Source: Escherichia phage vB_EcoM_ASO1A
Length of the DNA stretch: 64,000 nt
Strand: one strand, 5' to 3'
Sequence record: MZ726791.1
Both the position numbers and the translations under genes were made by a program. How positions within the stretch are numbered: the stretch's first letter is position 1; each line of letters opens with the position of its first letter. This document shows positions 1 through 6,593 of the stretch, piece after piece. The notes under the pieces are model-generated. The model was not told where the DNA came from. It saw nothing but the letters and a program-made list of their open reading frames with translations, and did no database searches.

Positions 1-206
1 ATAATTTTGCTGCAATAGAGAAACGAAGTAAACTCACTGGAAGAAACCATTAAGTGTTGTTCACTAGATTGAGCCATTGCCCTGAAATACATTCCAGTCA
101 AAGCATCATAGTGACTATTCTTTCCAATTGAGGTTATATAGCCATGACTCTTTGCAGTTTGATATAAATCTATAATATCTGCGATTTCTAATTGGGAACT
201 ACACAT
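1..206 (-). CDS. hypothetical protein, N-terminal part only (gene runs off window start)
   Basis: Minus-strand ATG near 206 preceded by AAGAGGA Shine-Dalgarno; open frame continues to position 1. Not in ORF track because truncated. Confidence 0.4.
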   Translation of the reverse strand, partial: MCSSQLEIADIIDLYQTAKSHGYITSIGKNSHYDALTGMYFRAMAQSSEQHLMVSSSEFTSFLYCSKI

Positions 207-447
207 AGATAATCCTCTTGTCTTCTGTAATTTTGAAAGAACAGGTACAGACCAATTTCAGAGGATGAATAGTAGATTAACTCTACCCTTTTTGATTCCT
301 TACAGTGATTGGTATTCTTACCTTTCTTCGGTTTATTTGATTTTCTCATTAAGTCTCCTTTGTAGAACAAGGCAGACCTACAGCTTTAAGTAAGATGGTA
401 CAGTAATCCATACAACAAGTCAAGAACTATTGCAAGTTAAAAAAGTT

Positions 448-476
448 GTTGACAAAGTACTTGACAAGGTGTAGGC
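448..476 (+). promoter_or_regulatory. sigma70-like promoter (TTGACA - 17 nt - TAGGCT) with conserved spacer CTTGACAAGGTG
   Basis: -35/-10 hexamers read directly; same spacer motif recurs near 41327 and 57066. Confidence 0.5.
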
Positions 477-598
477 TTATAAATACTTAGAAGATAACTT
501 AAAAGGTTCCTCTAAAAAGGCTATTTAAACAGATATCTTTCTGGATATCTATCTTTTATCTTAAAAGCCTTTTAAGAGGTCTTATAAGAGGCATACCA

Positions 599-970
599 AT
601 GAAAAACAGAACAAACAAAGGCCAGTTTAAAAAAGGCCAGTCTGGAAACCCATCTGGAAGACCAAAAGGCTCTCGTAACAAAAGCTCACTTGTAAAAGCT
701 CAACTGACCATTGATAATTCTGCTGAGTTTGCTGCAAAGTTGTTTGAGGCGGTTGTTACAAGGGATGCTGCTAAGCTTGCAGAGTTCGGTTTGACGACTG
801 ACGATGTAAACCTGAAGTCGATGATGGAGGCTGGTAAAACCATCATGACTCACTCAGCAGGTGAGATGAAAGCGATTGCAGCAGACACTAAGAAGACCCC
901 TGATAATGGTGGTCAGTCTCAGACAGATAACAAACCAACGTTCTCTGCTGTAGCGACTCTCAAAAAATAA
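599..970 (+). CDS. hypothetical basic protein with N-terminal GNPSGRPKG motif
   Basis: ATG start with AAGAGG SD; 123 aa ORF downstream of promoter. Confidence 0.6.
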   Translation: MKNRTNKGQFKKGQSGNPSGRPKGSRNKSSLVKAQLTIDNSAEFAAKLFEAVVTRDAAKLAEFGLTTDDVNLKSMMEAGKTIMTHSAGEMKAIAADTKKTPDNGGQSQTDNKPTFSAVATLKK

Positions 971-974
971 TTTT

Positions 975-1010
975 AAAAGGTGTTGACAGACTCTACAAAG
1001 TTGCTCTAAA
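975..1010 (+). promoter_or_regulatory. promoter (TTGACA ... TAAAGT) overlapped by ~10-bp inverted repeat TGACAGACT/AGTCTGTCA (operator-like)
   Basis: Hexamers and inverted repeat read directly; lies between two + strand genes. Confidence 0.45.
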
Positions 1011-1051
1011 GTCTGTCACATCAACAAACAAATGAGAGAAGAGAGTAAAAT

Positions 1052-2467
1052 ATGAGCGAATTATTTAAACATGCGCACCTTCATGCAGGTCGAACTGAAA
1101 ATGGTGCTGTAAACCATACTTCATCAATGTCTGCTCTTGTAGACTTTTACAAAGCTGCTGGTTCAAGCCGTAGCAACGTAGAAATCTTACCAGACCTGTT
1201 CTACAAAGCTTTGCGTGAGGATGTTGATGTTGCAGTTCGTATTTTGCTTCATATGCGAGATGTACGAGAAGGTATGGGTGAGCGTAAAGCCTTCAGAACT
1301 GTTTTACTTCAAGCGATTGAAGACAAAGTTTTAGAGCCTACGCAGGTTCTTCGCATTATGGATAAGATTGCAGAACTTGGTCGTTTTGATGACTTCAAAA
1401 TCTTCGTAGGTACTCGTTTCGAGACAGATGCCTTCAAACATCTAGAAGCAGCATTACTAGACCCTGCAACAGCAGGTTTGGCGGCTAAGTGGTTACCACG
1501 AGTCAAACCACGTCATAAGCAGTTTGTAAAACGTTTCTGCAAGTTTGCCAACTTGAGTGAGAAAGAGTACCGCACACTGTTGTCTGCACTATCTGATACA
1601 GTTGAGCAAAAAATCTCTGCTAATGAGTTTGGTAAGATTGACTACAGTAAGATTCCTTCACTTGCTGCTGCACGTTACCAAAAACTGTTTAACCGCAAAG
1701 ATGGAGAACGCTACAAAGCTTACATCGAGTCCTTATCAAAGGGTGAGACTAAGATTAATGCTGGTGCTGTTTACCCATACGATGTAATTAAATCTGTTAA
1801 GCATGGTAATGCAGATGTTGCTAATGAGCAGTGGAAAGCACTACCAAACTGGGTGGCAGAGGGTGAAAACATCTTGTGTATGTCTGATGTTTCAAGCTCA
1901 ATGTCTTGGGTGAATTTTGGTTCAATTACTGCTCTTGATATTGGTGTTTCACTTGCATTGTATGTAGCAGAACGTAATACAGGTTGCTTTAAGAATGAGT
2001 TGATGGTTTATTCAACAAACCCTCACTTCATCGAACTGAGTGGTGATTTACGAAACCGTCATCGTCAGGTGATGCGACACGTTGAATATGGCTCAACTAA
2101 CTTACAAGCAGCTTTTGACCGTATTCTTGAAACAGGTAAAAGAAACAACTTGACTCAGAAAGATATGCCAAGTAAGCTTATCATCTTCTCCGATATGGAG
2201 TTCAATCAGGTTGATGGAGCTAACGGTCGTACAAACTTTGAAGCAATTCGTAGTAAGTACAAAAAAGCTGGATACGAAATGCCTCAACTGGTATTCTGGT
2301 ACTTAGCAAACCGTAATGGTACTTGCGAAGTGTCTGTTAAGGATAACGGTGTAGCAATGGTATCTGGTTTTTCTCCAGCTACTTTAAAAGCTCTGCTTGG
2401 TGGTGAGAAGTTTGACCCAATCAGCGTAATGCTCAAAGCAGTAATGATTGACCGTTATATCTGGTAA
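1052..2467 (+). CDS. von Willebrand factor A (vWA) domain protein with helical N-terminal region (Ro60/DUF2828-like architecture?)
   Basis: 471 aa; MIDAS-like DVSSSM (DxSxS) motif in C-terminal half; GAGAGAAGAGAG SD before ATG. Confidence 0.75.
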   Translation: MSELFKHAHLHAGRTENGAVNHTSSMSALVDFYKAAGSSRSNVEILPDLFYKALREDVDVAVRILLHMRDVREGMGERKAFRTVLLQAIEDKVLEPTQVLRIMDKIAELGRFDDFKIFVGTRFETDAFKHLEAALLDPATAGLAAKWLPRVKPRHKQFVKRFCKFANLSEKEYRTLLSALSDTVEQKISANEFGKIDYSKIPSLAAARYQKLFNRKDGERYKAYIESLSKGETKINAGAVYPYDVIKSVKHGNADVANEQWKALPNWVAEGENILCMSDVSSSMSWVNFGSITALDIGVSLALYVAERNTGCFKNELMVYSTNPHFIELSGDLRNRHRQVMRHVEYGSTNLQAAFDRILETGKRNNLTQKDMPSKLIIFSDMEFNQVDGANGRTNFEAIRSKYKKAGYEMPQLVFWYLANRNGTCEVSVKDNGVAMVSGFSPATLKALLGGEKFDPISVMLKAVMIDRYIW

Positions 2468-2485
2468 AAAGTTTTAAAAAGGGTA

Positions 2486-2520
2486 TTGACAATGTGTTTG
2501 ATACCCTTTAATATGTTCTA
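2486..2520 (+). promoter_or_regulatory. sigma70-like promoter (TTGACA - 17 nt - TAATAT) within inverted repeat GGGTAT...ATACCC
   Basis: Read directly; upstream of tRNA array. Confidence 0.55.
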
Positions 2521-2576
2521 CATAGAAACGAAACGAGAGCTTTTCTAAGATACTGAAAAATATTTTAAAAAAGTTC

Positions 2577-2612
2577 TTGACAATCACTAAAAAATAATGT
2601 TAAAGTGGTTAC
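2577..2612 (+). promoter_or_regulatory. sigma70-like promoter (TTGACA ... TAAAGT) preceding first tRNA
   Basis: Read directly. Confidence 0.45.
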
Positions 2613-2632
2613 ATAGAGTTTGAAAAGTTTAT

Positions 2633-2709
2633 CTCTGTTTAGCTCAGCTTGGTAGAGCGTTCCGTTTGGGGCGGTAAGGCCGGAGGTTCAAGTCCTCCAA
2701 CAGAGACCA
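2633..2709 (+). tRNA. tRNA-Pro (anticodon TGG)
   Basis: Acceptor CTCTGTT/AACAGAG, D-arm GCTCAGCTTGGTAGAGC, T-arm GGAGG-TTCAAGT-CCTCC, CCA encoded. Confidence 0.7.
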
Positions 2710-2716
2710 AATTAAT

Positions 2717-2794
2717 GTTCCAGTAGACAAAATGGTAAAGTCACCACTCTTTCAAAGTGGATATCTGAGGGTTCAAATCCCTTCTGGAACGCCA
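2717..2794 (+). tRNA. tRNA-Glu (anticodon TTC)
   Basis: Acceptor GTTCCAG/CTGGAAC, anticodon stem CCACT/AGTGG loop CTTTCAA, T-arm GAGGG-TTCAAAT-CCCTT, CCA. Confidence 0.7.
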
Positions 2795-2884
2795 GTTTTG
2801 ACAGAAGACCAATTACAGCAAACTTAATCTACTCATCTGACACGAAATCGGACAAAGAAGATATTTGGTCTGGTCATTGAGAAT

Positions 2885-2961
2885 TGCGGGTATAGAGAAA
2901 GGGCGTCTCACATGTCTCATTAGCATGGTATCGGCAGGTTCGACTCCTGCACCCGCCTCCA
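2885..2961 (+). tRNA. tRNA-Met/fMet/Ile2 (anticodon CAT)
   Basis: Anticodon arm CATGT-CTCATTA-GCATG, T-arm GCAGG-TTCGACT-CCTGC, CCA; 1:72 pair mismatched. Confidence 0.6.
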
Positions 2962-3038
2962 ATTTTGCAGAAGACCGTATTCAGCAACAAAATACTTTTT
3001 GCGGATAAAAGAAAAAACACGGTCTGGCAATGTATTAA

Positions 3039-3115
3039 GGTTAGGAAGCACATAAGGTATGTGCGGTCGCCTGTTAAGCGAATGGCACAGGGTTCGAATC
3101 CCTGACTAACCGCCA
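3039..3115 (+). tRNA. tRNA-Asn (anticodon GTT)
   Basis: Acceptor GGTTAGG/ACTAACC, D-stem GCAC/GTGC, anticodon loop CTGTTAA, T-arm CAGGG-TTCGAAT-CCCTG, CCA. Confidence 0.7.
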
Positions 3116-3124
3116 AATTTAAAT

Positions 3125-3212
3125 GTGTCGTTATCCCGTAGATGGTAGCGGTGGGGACTGTAAATCCCTTGTCATTGAGACTCGGTAGGTTCGACTCCTA
3201 CACGGCACACCA
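3125..3212 (+). tRNA. tRNA-Tyr (anticodon GTA), type II with long variable arm
   Basis: Acceptor GTGTCGT/ACGGCAC, anticodon arm GGGGA-CTGTAAA-TCCCT, long variable arm, T-arm GTAGG-TTCGACT-CCTAC, CCA. Confidence 0.65.
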
Positions 3213-3217
3213 ATAAA

Positions 3218-3295
3218 GGTTATGTAGTTTAATTTGGTTAAAATACTCCCCTGTCACGGGAGATGATGAGGGTTCAAATCCCTTCGTAACCGCCA
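3218..3295 (+). tRNA. tRNA-Asp (anticodon GTC)
   Basis: Acceptor GGTTATG/CGTAACC, anticodon arm CTCCC-CTGTCAC-GGGAG, T-arm GAGGG-TTCAAAT-CCCTT, CCA. Confidence 0.65.
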
Positions 3296-3321
3296 ATTTT
3301 GAGAGGGCTATTTAGCCCCTC

Positions 3322-3354
3322 CCTTAAAGGGTTCTTACGAGTATCCTTTAAAGG
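3322..3354 (+). repeat. conserved hairpin element copy A (TTAAAGGG-TTCTTACGAG-TATCCTTTAAAGG)
   Basis: Imperfect palindrome with conserved loop; related copies near 4169, 6671 and 35415. Confidence 0.5.
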
Positions 3355-3356
3355 AG

Positions 3357-3429
3357 CAGAAGACCAAATACAGCAAGAACGTATGAAATTTCAAGCCAAT
3401 TTAATTTTGAAAATTTAAACTTGGTCTGG
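3357..3429 (+). repeat. inter-tRNA spacer unit CAGAAGACC ... GGTCTGG (copy 3 of 4)
   Basis: Same terminal motifs as units at 2802-2873, 2968-3027 and 3443-3574; ends are complementary (AGACC/GGTCT). Confidence 0.45.
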
Positions 3430-3495
3430 CTCAACAAATTTACAGAAGACCGTTTACAGCAAAACTTAAACAATCTATTTCTCCGGTAAAGAAAA

Positions 3496-3560
3496 GGCGA
3501 AGGTTCGATTCCTTCACTCGGCAGATGTCGAGTTGGTGTAATGGTAGCACTTAAGATGAT
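3496..3560 (+). ncRNA. tRNA-like fragments: T-arm hairpin (GAAGG-TTCGATT-CCTTC) + 7-bp acceptor-like hairpin (ACTCGGC/GTCGAGT) + D-arm-like GTGTAATGGTAGCAC; pseudo-tRNA or structured RNA
   Basis: Read directly; elements are in non-canonical order (3' half before 5' half), so no canonical cloverleaf. Confidence 0.3.
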
Positions 3561-3723
3561 AAACAACGGTCTGGTAATTATCTTTGTAGATAAGTTATTA
3601 AGCTTACCTGTGAGTATGCGACCACAAAGGGTGAAAGGGTAAATTCTAGATTTAAACCCAAAAAGGCACATCGCTACAGACCTTAAGCAAGTCTGGGTAG
3701 CTTATCTACAAAGATAATTTAAT

Positions 3724-3798
3724 GGAAGTGTAGCAGAATGGTGATGCGGCAGACTTTTAATCTGACAGGCGATGGGTTCGAATCCCTCCACTTCTACC
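3724..3798 (+). tRNA. tRNA-Lys (anticodon TTT)
   Basis: Acceptor GGAAGTG/CACTTCT, anticodon stem CAGA/TCTG loop CTTTTAA, T-loop TTCGAAT, CCA; T-stem has two weak pairs. Confidence 0.55.
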
Positions 3799-3804
3799 AA
3801 AAAT

Positions 3805-3881
3805 GGTTCAGTCGCAGATAAGGTAATGCAAGGGTTTCATAAGCCCTATGAATGTGGGTTCGATTCCCACCTGAACCTCCA
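3805..3881 (+). tRNA. tRNA-Met/Ile2/fMet (anticodon CAT), second CAT tRNA
   Basis: Acceptor GGTTCAG/CTGAACC, anticodon arm AGGGT-TTCATAA-GCCCT, T-arm GTGGG-TTCGATT-CCCAC, CCA. Confidence 0.65.
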
Positions 3882-3882
3882 A

Positions 3883-3958
3883 GCTGGTATAGTTAAGAAG
3901 GTTATAACACTCCCCTGATAAGGGAACATCGGTGGTTCGATTCCACCTACCAGTACCA
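3883..3958 (+). tRNA. tRNA-Ile (anticodon GAT)
   Basis: Acceptor GCTGGTA/TACCAGT, D-stem GTTA/TAAC, anticodon loop CTGATAA, T-arm GGTGG-TTCGATT-CCACC, CCA. Confidence 0.7.
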
Positions 3959-3973
3959 ATTTCAATAAAGTTG

Positions 3974-4002
3974 TTGACATTGAGATGTGACTACTTTATA
4001 GT
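3974..4002 (+). promoter_or_regulatory. strong sigma70-like promoter (TTGACA - 17 nt - TATAGT) inside tRNA array
   Basis: Read directly; followed by ~200 nt without tRNA or ORF. Confidence 0.6.
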
Positions 4003-4168
4003 AACCTTAGTTTTCGTTGCGTAGCGTCTATTTTGCAAATTTAAAATAAATGCAAACGACAATGTTTTTCTGGCAGTAGCTTGATAGGCTAAACACCAGT
4101 GAGGTCTTCCAATCCCTCATCAAAGAATTTGGCGTACTCGCCCACGGTATGATTAATAAGGTGGGCAT

Positions 4169-4199
4169 CTTTAAGGGCTTTCTAAGAGAGTCTTTAAAG
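4169..4199 (+). repeat. conserved hairpin element copy B (CTTTAAGGGCTTTCTAAGAGAGTCTTTAAAG)
   Basis: Shares AGGG-YTTTCTAAGAGAGTC core and palindromic TTAAAG flanks with copies A and C. Confidence 0.5.
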
Positions 4200-4206
4200 A
4201 TAATTA

Positions 4207-4288
4207 CGGGGCGTATCTCAGCGGTCTTCTAAACCGCCGTTAACCGAGTAAGTGGAGTATGCGGGTTCGAGTCCTGCCGCCTCGACCA
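4207..4288 (+). tRNA. atypical tRNA-like gene, anticodon TCT (Arg) with no canonical D-arm and an extended variable region
   Basis: Acceptor CGGGGCG/CGCCTCG, anticodon arm GCGGT-CTTCTAA-ACCGC, T-arm GCGGG-TTCGAGT-CCTGC, CCA; only 7 nt between acceptor and anticodon stem. Confidence 0.4.
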
Positions 4289-4431
4289 ATTTAGTTAGCA
4301 GATTACTTAGACGACCTAAGCGGGTCTTCCTGTAAGGAGGTGGTCTGTATCTCATGTTTTCCAGAACATGTAAATAATCTGAGAAGGGGCTTTACAGTGT
4401 TGCGAAAATACGGTAAGCTTCGAATTACAGT

Positions 4432-4514
4432 ATGGGACGATGTTAAGACTCTAAGGCATGAGCAACGGCCTCCAAAACCGTTTCAAAGGGGTTCAACTCC
4501 TCCGTCCCATGCCA
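4432..4514 (+). tRNA. tRNA-Trp (anticodon CCA), enlarged D region
   Basis: Acceptor ATGGGAC/GTCCCAT, anticodon stem ACGG/CCGT loop CTCCAAA, T-loop TTCAACT, CCA. Confidence 0.5.
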
Positions 4515-4527
4515 AAGTCTTATTAGG

Positions 4528-4615
4528 GGTAGGTAGCGGCTAATGGTAGCCAAACTGTATTGAAAACAGTTGCCACTGTAGAGATACGGTGAGGGTTCGA
4601 CTCCTTTACTTACCG
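4528..4615 (+). tRNA. tRNA-Ser (anticodon TGA), type II, 3' CCA not encoded
   Basis: Acceptor GGTAGGT/ACTTACC, 3-bp D-stem, anticodon arm ACTGT-ATTGAAA-ACAGT, long variable arm, T-loop TTCGACT. Confidence 0.55.
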
Positions 4616-4769
4616 CCTAATAAGATTTACACCGTCCATGCTTGCTCGCATTTTCGGTTTATCCCTCGTGTATTGTCGTACACTGATAAAGCACCTAGTA
4701 GGTGTCACGGAGAAGAGATAATATCAAGCTCTCCAAAGGTTCTAGTCACCGGATTAAACAAGACTATGC

Positions 4770-4795
4770 AAAGACCTATTTAGGTCTTTTTAGAG
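4770..4795 (+). terminator. rho-independent terminator-like hairpin (AGACCTA/TAGGTCT + T-run)
   Basis: Perfect 7-bp stem followed by TTTTT; ends a ~150 nt non-coding stretch after tRNA-Ser. Confidence 0.5.
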
Positions 4796-4871
4796 GGCTT
4801 CTAAGGTTATTAGTCGCTTGTTGTGGAACCTTGTTGCTCAGGTTCTTAGAAGTTCTCTAAAAAGATTTAAT

Positions 4872-4950
4872 GGGAGATTGACGGCAACTTGGTAGACCTA
4901 TCTCGCTTAGAACGAGATGCTTGAGGGTTCGAATCCCTTGTCTCCTACCA
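4872..4950 (+). tRNA. tRNA with Leu anticodon TAG, Leu-like D-arm but short variable arm
   Basis: Acceptor GGGAGAT/GTCTCCT, anticodon arm TCTCG-CTTAGAA-CGAGA, T-arm GAGGG-TTCGAAT-CCCTT, CCA; D-loop CAACTTGGTAGA. Confidence 0.5.
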
Positions 4951-4957
4951 AATTAAT

Positions 4958-5033
4958 GCAGGTGTAGCAAAATGGTTATGCGGCTGACTCTTAATCAGTA
5001 AGACGATGGGTTCAATTCCCTCCACCTGTACCA
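4958..5033 (+). tRNA. tRNA-Lys (anticodon CTT)
   Basis: Acceptor GCAGGTG/CACCTGT, anticodon stem GCTGA/TCAGT loop CTCTTAA, T-loop TTCAATT, CCA; paralogous to Lys(TTT). Confidence 0.6.
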
Positions 5034-5039
5034 GACATT

Positions 5040-5115
5040 GGGGATGTAGTTTACATGGTTAAAACATAAGTTTTGCAAACTTAAGTACAGGGTTCAATTC
5101 CATGCTTCTCCACCA
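5040..5115 (+). tRNA. tRNA-Ala (anticodon TGC)
   Basis: D-stem GTTT/AAAC, anticodon arm TAAGT-TTTGCAA-ACTTA, T-loop TTCAATT, CCA. Confidence 0.6.
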
Positions 5116-5121
5116 ATTAGT

Positions 5122-5196
5122 GCATCCATAGTTTAAACGGGAAAATTACAGTCTTCCAAACTGAGGTTGAGGGTTCGATTCCCTCTGGATGCTCCA
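5122..5196 (+). tRNA. tRNA-Gly (anticodon TCC)
   Basis: Acceptor GCATCCA/TGGATGC, anticodon stem CAGT/ACTG loop CTTCCAA, T-arm GAGGG-TTCGATT-CCCTC, CCA. Confidence 0.65.
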
Positions 5197-5203
5197 AATT
5201 AAT

Positions 5204-5279
5204 GCTCCTATCGTATAATTGGCTATTACGGTTGCCTTGTAAGCAACTTATCAGGGTTCGAATCCTTGTGGGAGCACCA
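5204..5279 (+). tRNA. tRNA-Thr (anticodon TGT)
   Basis: Acceptor GCTCCTA/TGGGAGC, anticodon arm GTTGC-CTTGTAA-GCAAC, T-arm CAGGG-TTCGAAT-CCTTG, CCA. Confidence 0.7.
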
Positions 5280-5282
5280 ATT

Positions 5283-5372
5283 CAGAGGTCAAGTGAAAGA
5301 CCGCTGGTGTCAACTGAAGACCGTAACAAATTCCACGGAGTTGAGTTAGCGGCACAACTTCAGACCTCTTTC
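5283..5372 (+). ncRNA. candidate structured spacer RNA (long-range stem CAGAGGTC ... GACCTCTG enclosing internal hairpins)
   Basis: Complementary 8-mers ~80 nt apart between tRNA-Thr and tRNA-Val; no ORF, no tRNA fold. Confidence 0.25.
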
Positions 5373-5374
5373 AT

Positions 5375-5449
5375 GCTCGCTTAGTTTATATGGTAAAACA
5401 TCACCCTTACAAGATGAAGAAAAAGGTTCAAGTCCTTTAGTGAGTACCA
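5375..5449 (+). tRNA. tRNA-Val (anticodon TAC)
   Basis: Acceptor GCTCGCT/AGTGAGT, D-stem GTTT/AAAC, anticodon loop CTTACAA, T-arm AAAGG-TTCAAGT-CCTTT, CCA. Confidence 0.65.
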
Positions 5450-5450
5450 T

Positions 5451-5528
5451 GTTCCAGTATCCCAATTGGCAGAGGATGCAAGCTCAAACCTTGTATTAGT
5501 GACGGTTCGAATCCGTCTTGGAACACCA
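5451..5528 (+). tRNA. tRNA with Leu anticodon CAA, short variable arm
   Basis: Acceptor GTTCCAG/TTGGAAC, D-loop CAATTGGCAGA, anticodon stem GCAAG/CTTGT loop CTCAAAC, T-arm GACGG-TTCGAAT-CCGTC, CCA. Confidence 0.5.
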
Positions 5529-5533
5529 ATTTT

Positions 5534-5609
5534 GCAGGATTAGTTCAAATGGATAGAGCAACAGTCTACGAAGCTGTTAATAGGGGTTCGAATCCCTTAT
5601 CCTGCGCCA
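5534..5609 (+). tRNA. tRNA-Arg (anticodon ACG)
   Basis: Acceptor GCAGGAT/ATCCTGC, D-arm GTTC-AAATGGATA-GAGC, anticodon arm ACAGT-CTACGAA-GCTGT, T-arm AGGGG-TTCGAAT-CCCTT, CCA. Confidence 0.7.
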
Positions 5610-5626
5610 GATAAAAAGGTGATACT

Positions 5627-5869
5627 ATGCAAACATTAACAGTAGTTGAACATGAAAACTGTGAGAATATTGAGTTTGTCAGGGTCATTGGTGTTGAACA
5701 CCACATTTTCTTAAAAGTAGGGTACTTATGTGACCCCGCTAGAGTAGAAAGATTTATACGTGATTGTTTTGGTGGTAGACAGCTAAAGAGTGTTATTTTT
5801 GAGACAGTTTTACCAGAAGGTTTAGAAACGAATAATAACATTTATCTCCTTACAAGGATTAGACGATGA
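5627..5869 (+). CDS. hypothetical small protein embedded in tRNA array
   Basis: 80 aa ORF; AAGGTGA SD 7 nt upstream of ATG; directly follows tRNA-Arg. Confidence 0.4.
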   Translation: MQTLTVVEHENCENIEFVRVIGVEHHIFLKVGYLCDPARVERFIRDCFGGRQLKSVIFETVLPEGLETNNNIYLLTRIRR

Positions 5870-6423
5870 GATATTTAAAATATGCTTCATGGATTTTCCT
5901 AGCTTTGCTAGAACCATTAGCAGCAACCTTAGCAGTTATCTTAGCACCTTTCGTAGTTCCATTTTACAGTGAGAAGAAAGGCCACTTACCTTTCGGATTT
6001 AGATGGATGGAGACATATGACAACCCAATTGATGGTGACGAAGGTCATATCGAACGATGGGCTAAGATTAGAAAGATTGGTAAGCTGGGTGTCTACATGC
6101 AGAGAGTCGGATGGCTCTGGAGAAACAAAGCTTATAACTTCTCTTACCATGTATTAGGAAGAGATGTAAAAGATGTTACTAAGTGGAAAGGTAATATCAA
6201 CGTAAGTTCTGACCCTGAAGATAATCAGACAGGTTATCTCCTAATGTGGAACAGTAATGCTTGGGGATTATTCGCTTTTATCCCATCAATTAAAGTCTTT
6301 GGTAAACAATTTTACTGGAGAATTTATATTGGGTGGAAGCTAAAAAGTGTTGTCCCAGAAGAAAGAGCATTCTCAAGGGAAAGAGTTATGTTGGCATTCT
6401 TTATTCATCCACTAAGAAAGTAA
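5866..6423 (+). CDS. hypothetical membrane protein (N-terminal hydrophobic segment, Trp-rich)
   Basis: 185 aa; ATG with AAGGA SD; start overlaps upstream ORF stop (ATGA). Confidence 0.55.
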   Translation: MRYLKYASWIFLALLEPLAATLAVILAPFVVPFYSEKKGHLPFGFRWMETYDNPIDGDEGHIERWAKIRKIGKLGVYMQRVGWLWRNKAYNFSYHVLGRDVKDVTKWKGNINVSSDPEDNQTGYLLMWNSNAWGLFAFIPSIKVFGKQFYWRIYIGWKLKSVVPEERAFSRERVMLAFFIHPLRK

Positions 6424-6431
6424 AGATTTAA

Positions 6432-6507
6432 AGGGGATTAGTTTACAAGGTTAAAACCTCGGTCTTTGAAATCGAAGAAGTTGGTTCAATTCCAACATCC
6501 CCCGCCA
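6432..6507 (+). tRNA. tRNA-Gln (anticodon TTG)
   Basis: D-stem GTTT/AAAC, anticodon arm TCGGT-CTTTGAA-ATCGA, T-arm GTTGG-TTCAATT-CCAAC, CCA; 1:72 mismatch. Confidence 0.6.
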
Positions 6508-6509
6508 AT

Positions 6510-6588
6510 GCTCCATTACTCCAATTGGCAGAGAGGCCAGACTTAAAATCTGTGTTATGTATCGGTTCGAATCCGATATGGAGTACCA
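6510..6588 (+). tRNA. tRNA with Leu anticodon TAA, short variable arm
   Basis: Acceptor GCTCCAT/ATGGAGT, D-loop AATTGGCAGA, anticodon stem CAGA/TCTG loop CTTAAAA, T-arm ATCGG-TTCGAAT-CCGAT, CCA. Confidence 0.5.
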
Positions 6589-6593
6589 AATTT

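Noticed and set aside
188-370. 60-aa minus-strand ORF from the track
   Set aside because: It sits in the promoter-rich intergenic region upstream of the 599 gene; a different minus-strand frame with a proper ATG and AAGAGGA SD (1-206) is the more plausible gene.
3496-3560. Two-piece (permuted) tmRNA as an explanation for the T-arm-then-acceptor arrangement
   Set aside because: The acceptor-like stem lacks the G3-U70 alanine identity pair and no tag-peptide reading frame with resume-codon context was found downstream; kept only as a generic tRNA-like fragment.
2874-5841. Track ORFs overlapping tRNA genes (2874-3116, 3348-3671, 4340-4543, 4589-4783, 5202-5384, 5566-5841)
   Set aside because: Each overlaps one or more tRNA genes or conserved hairpins, lacks a Shine-Dalgarno sequence and has low-complexity translation; taken as chance ORFs in RNA-coding DNA.
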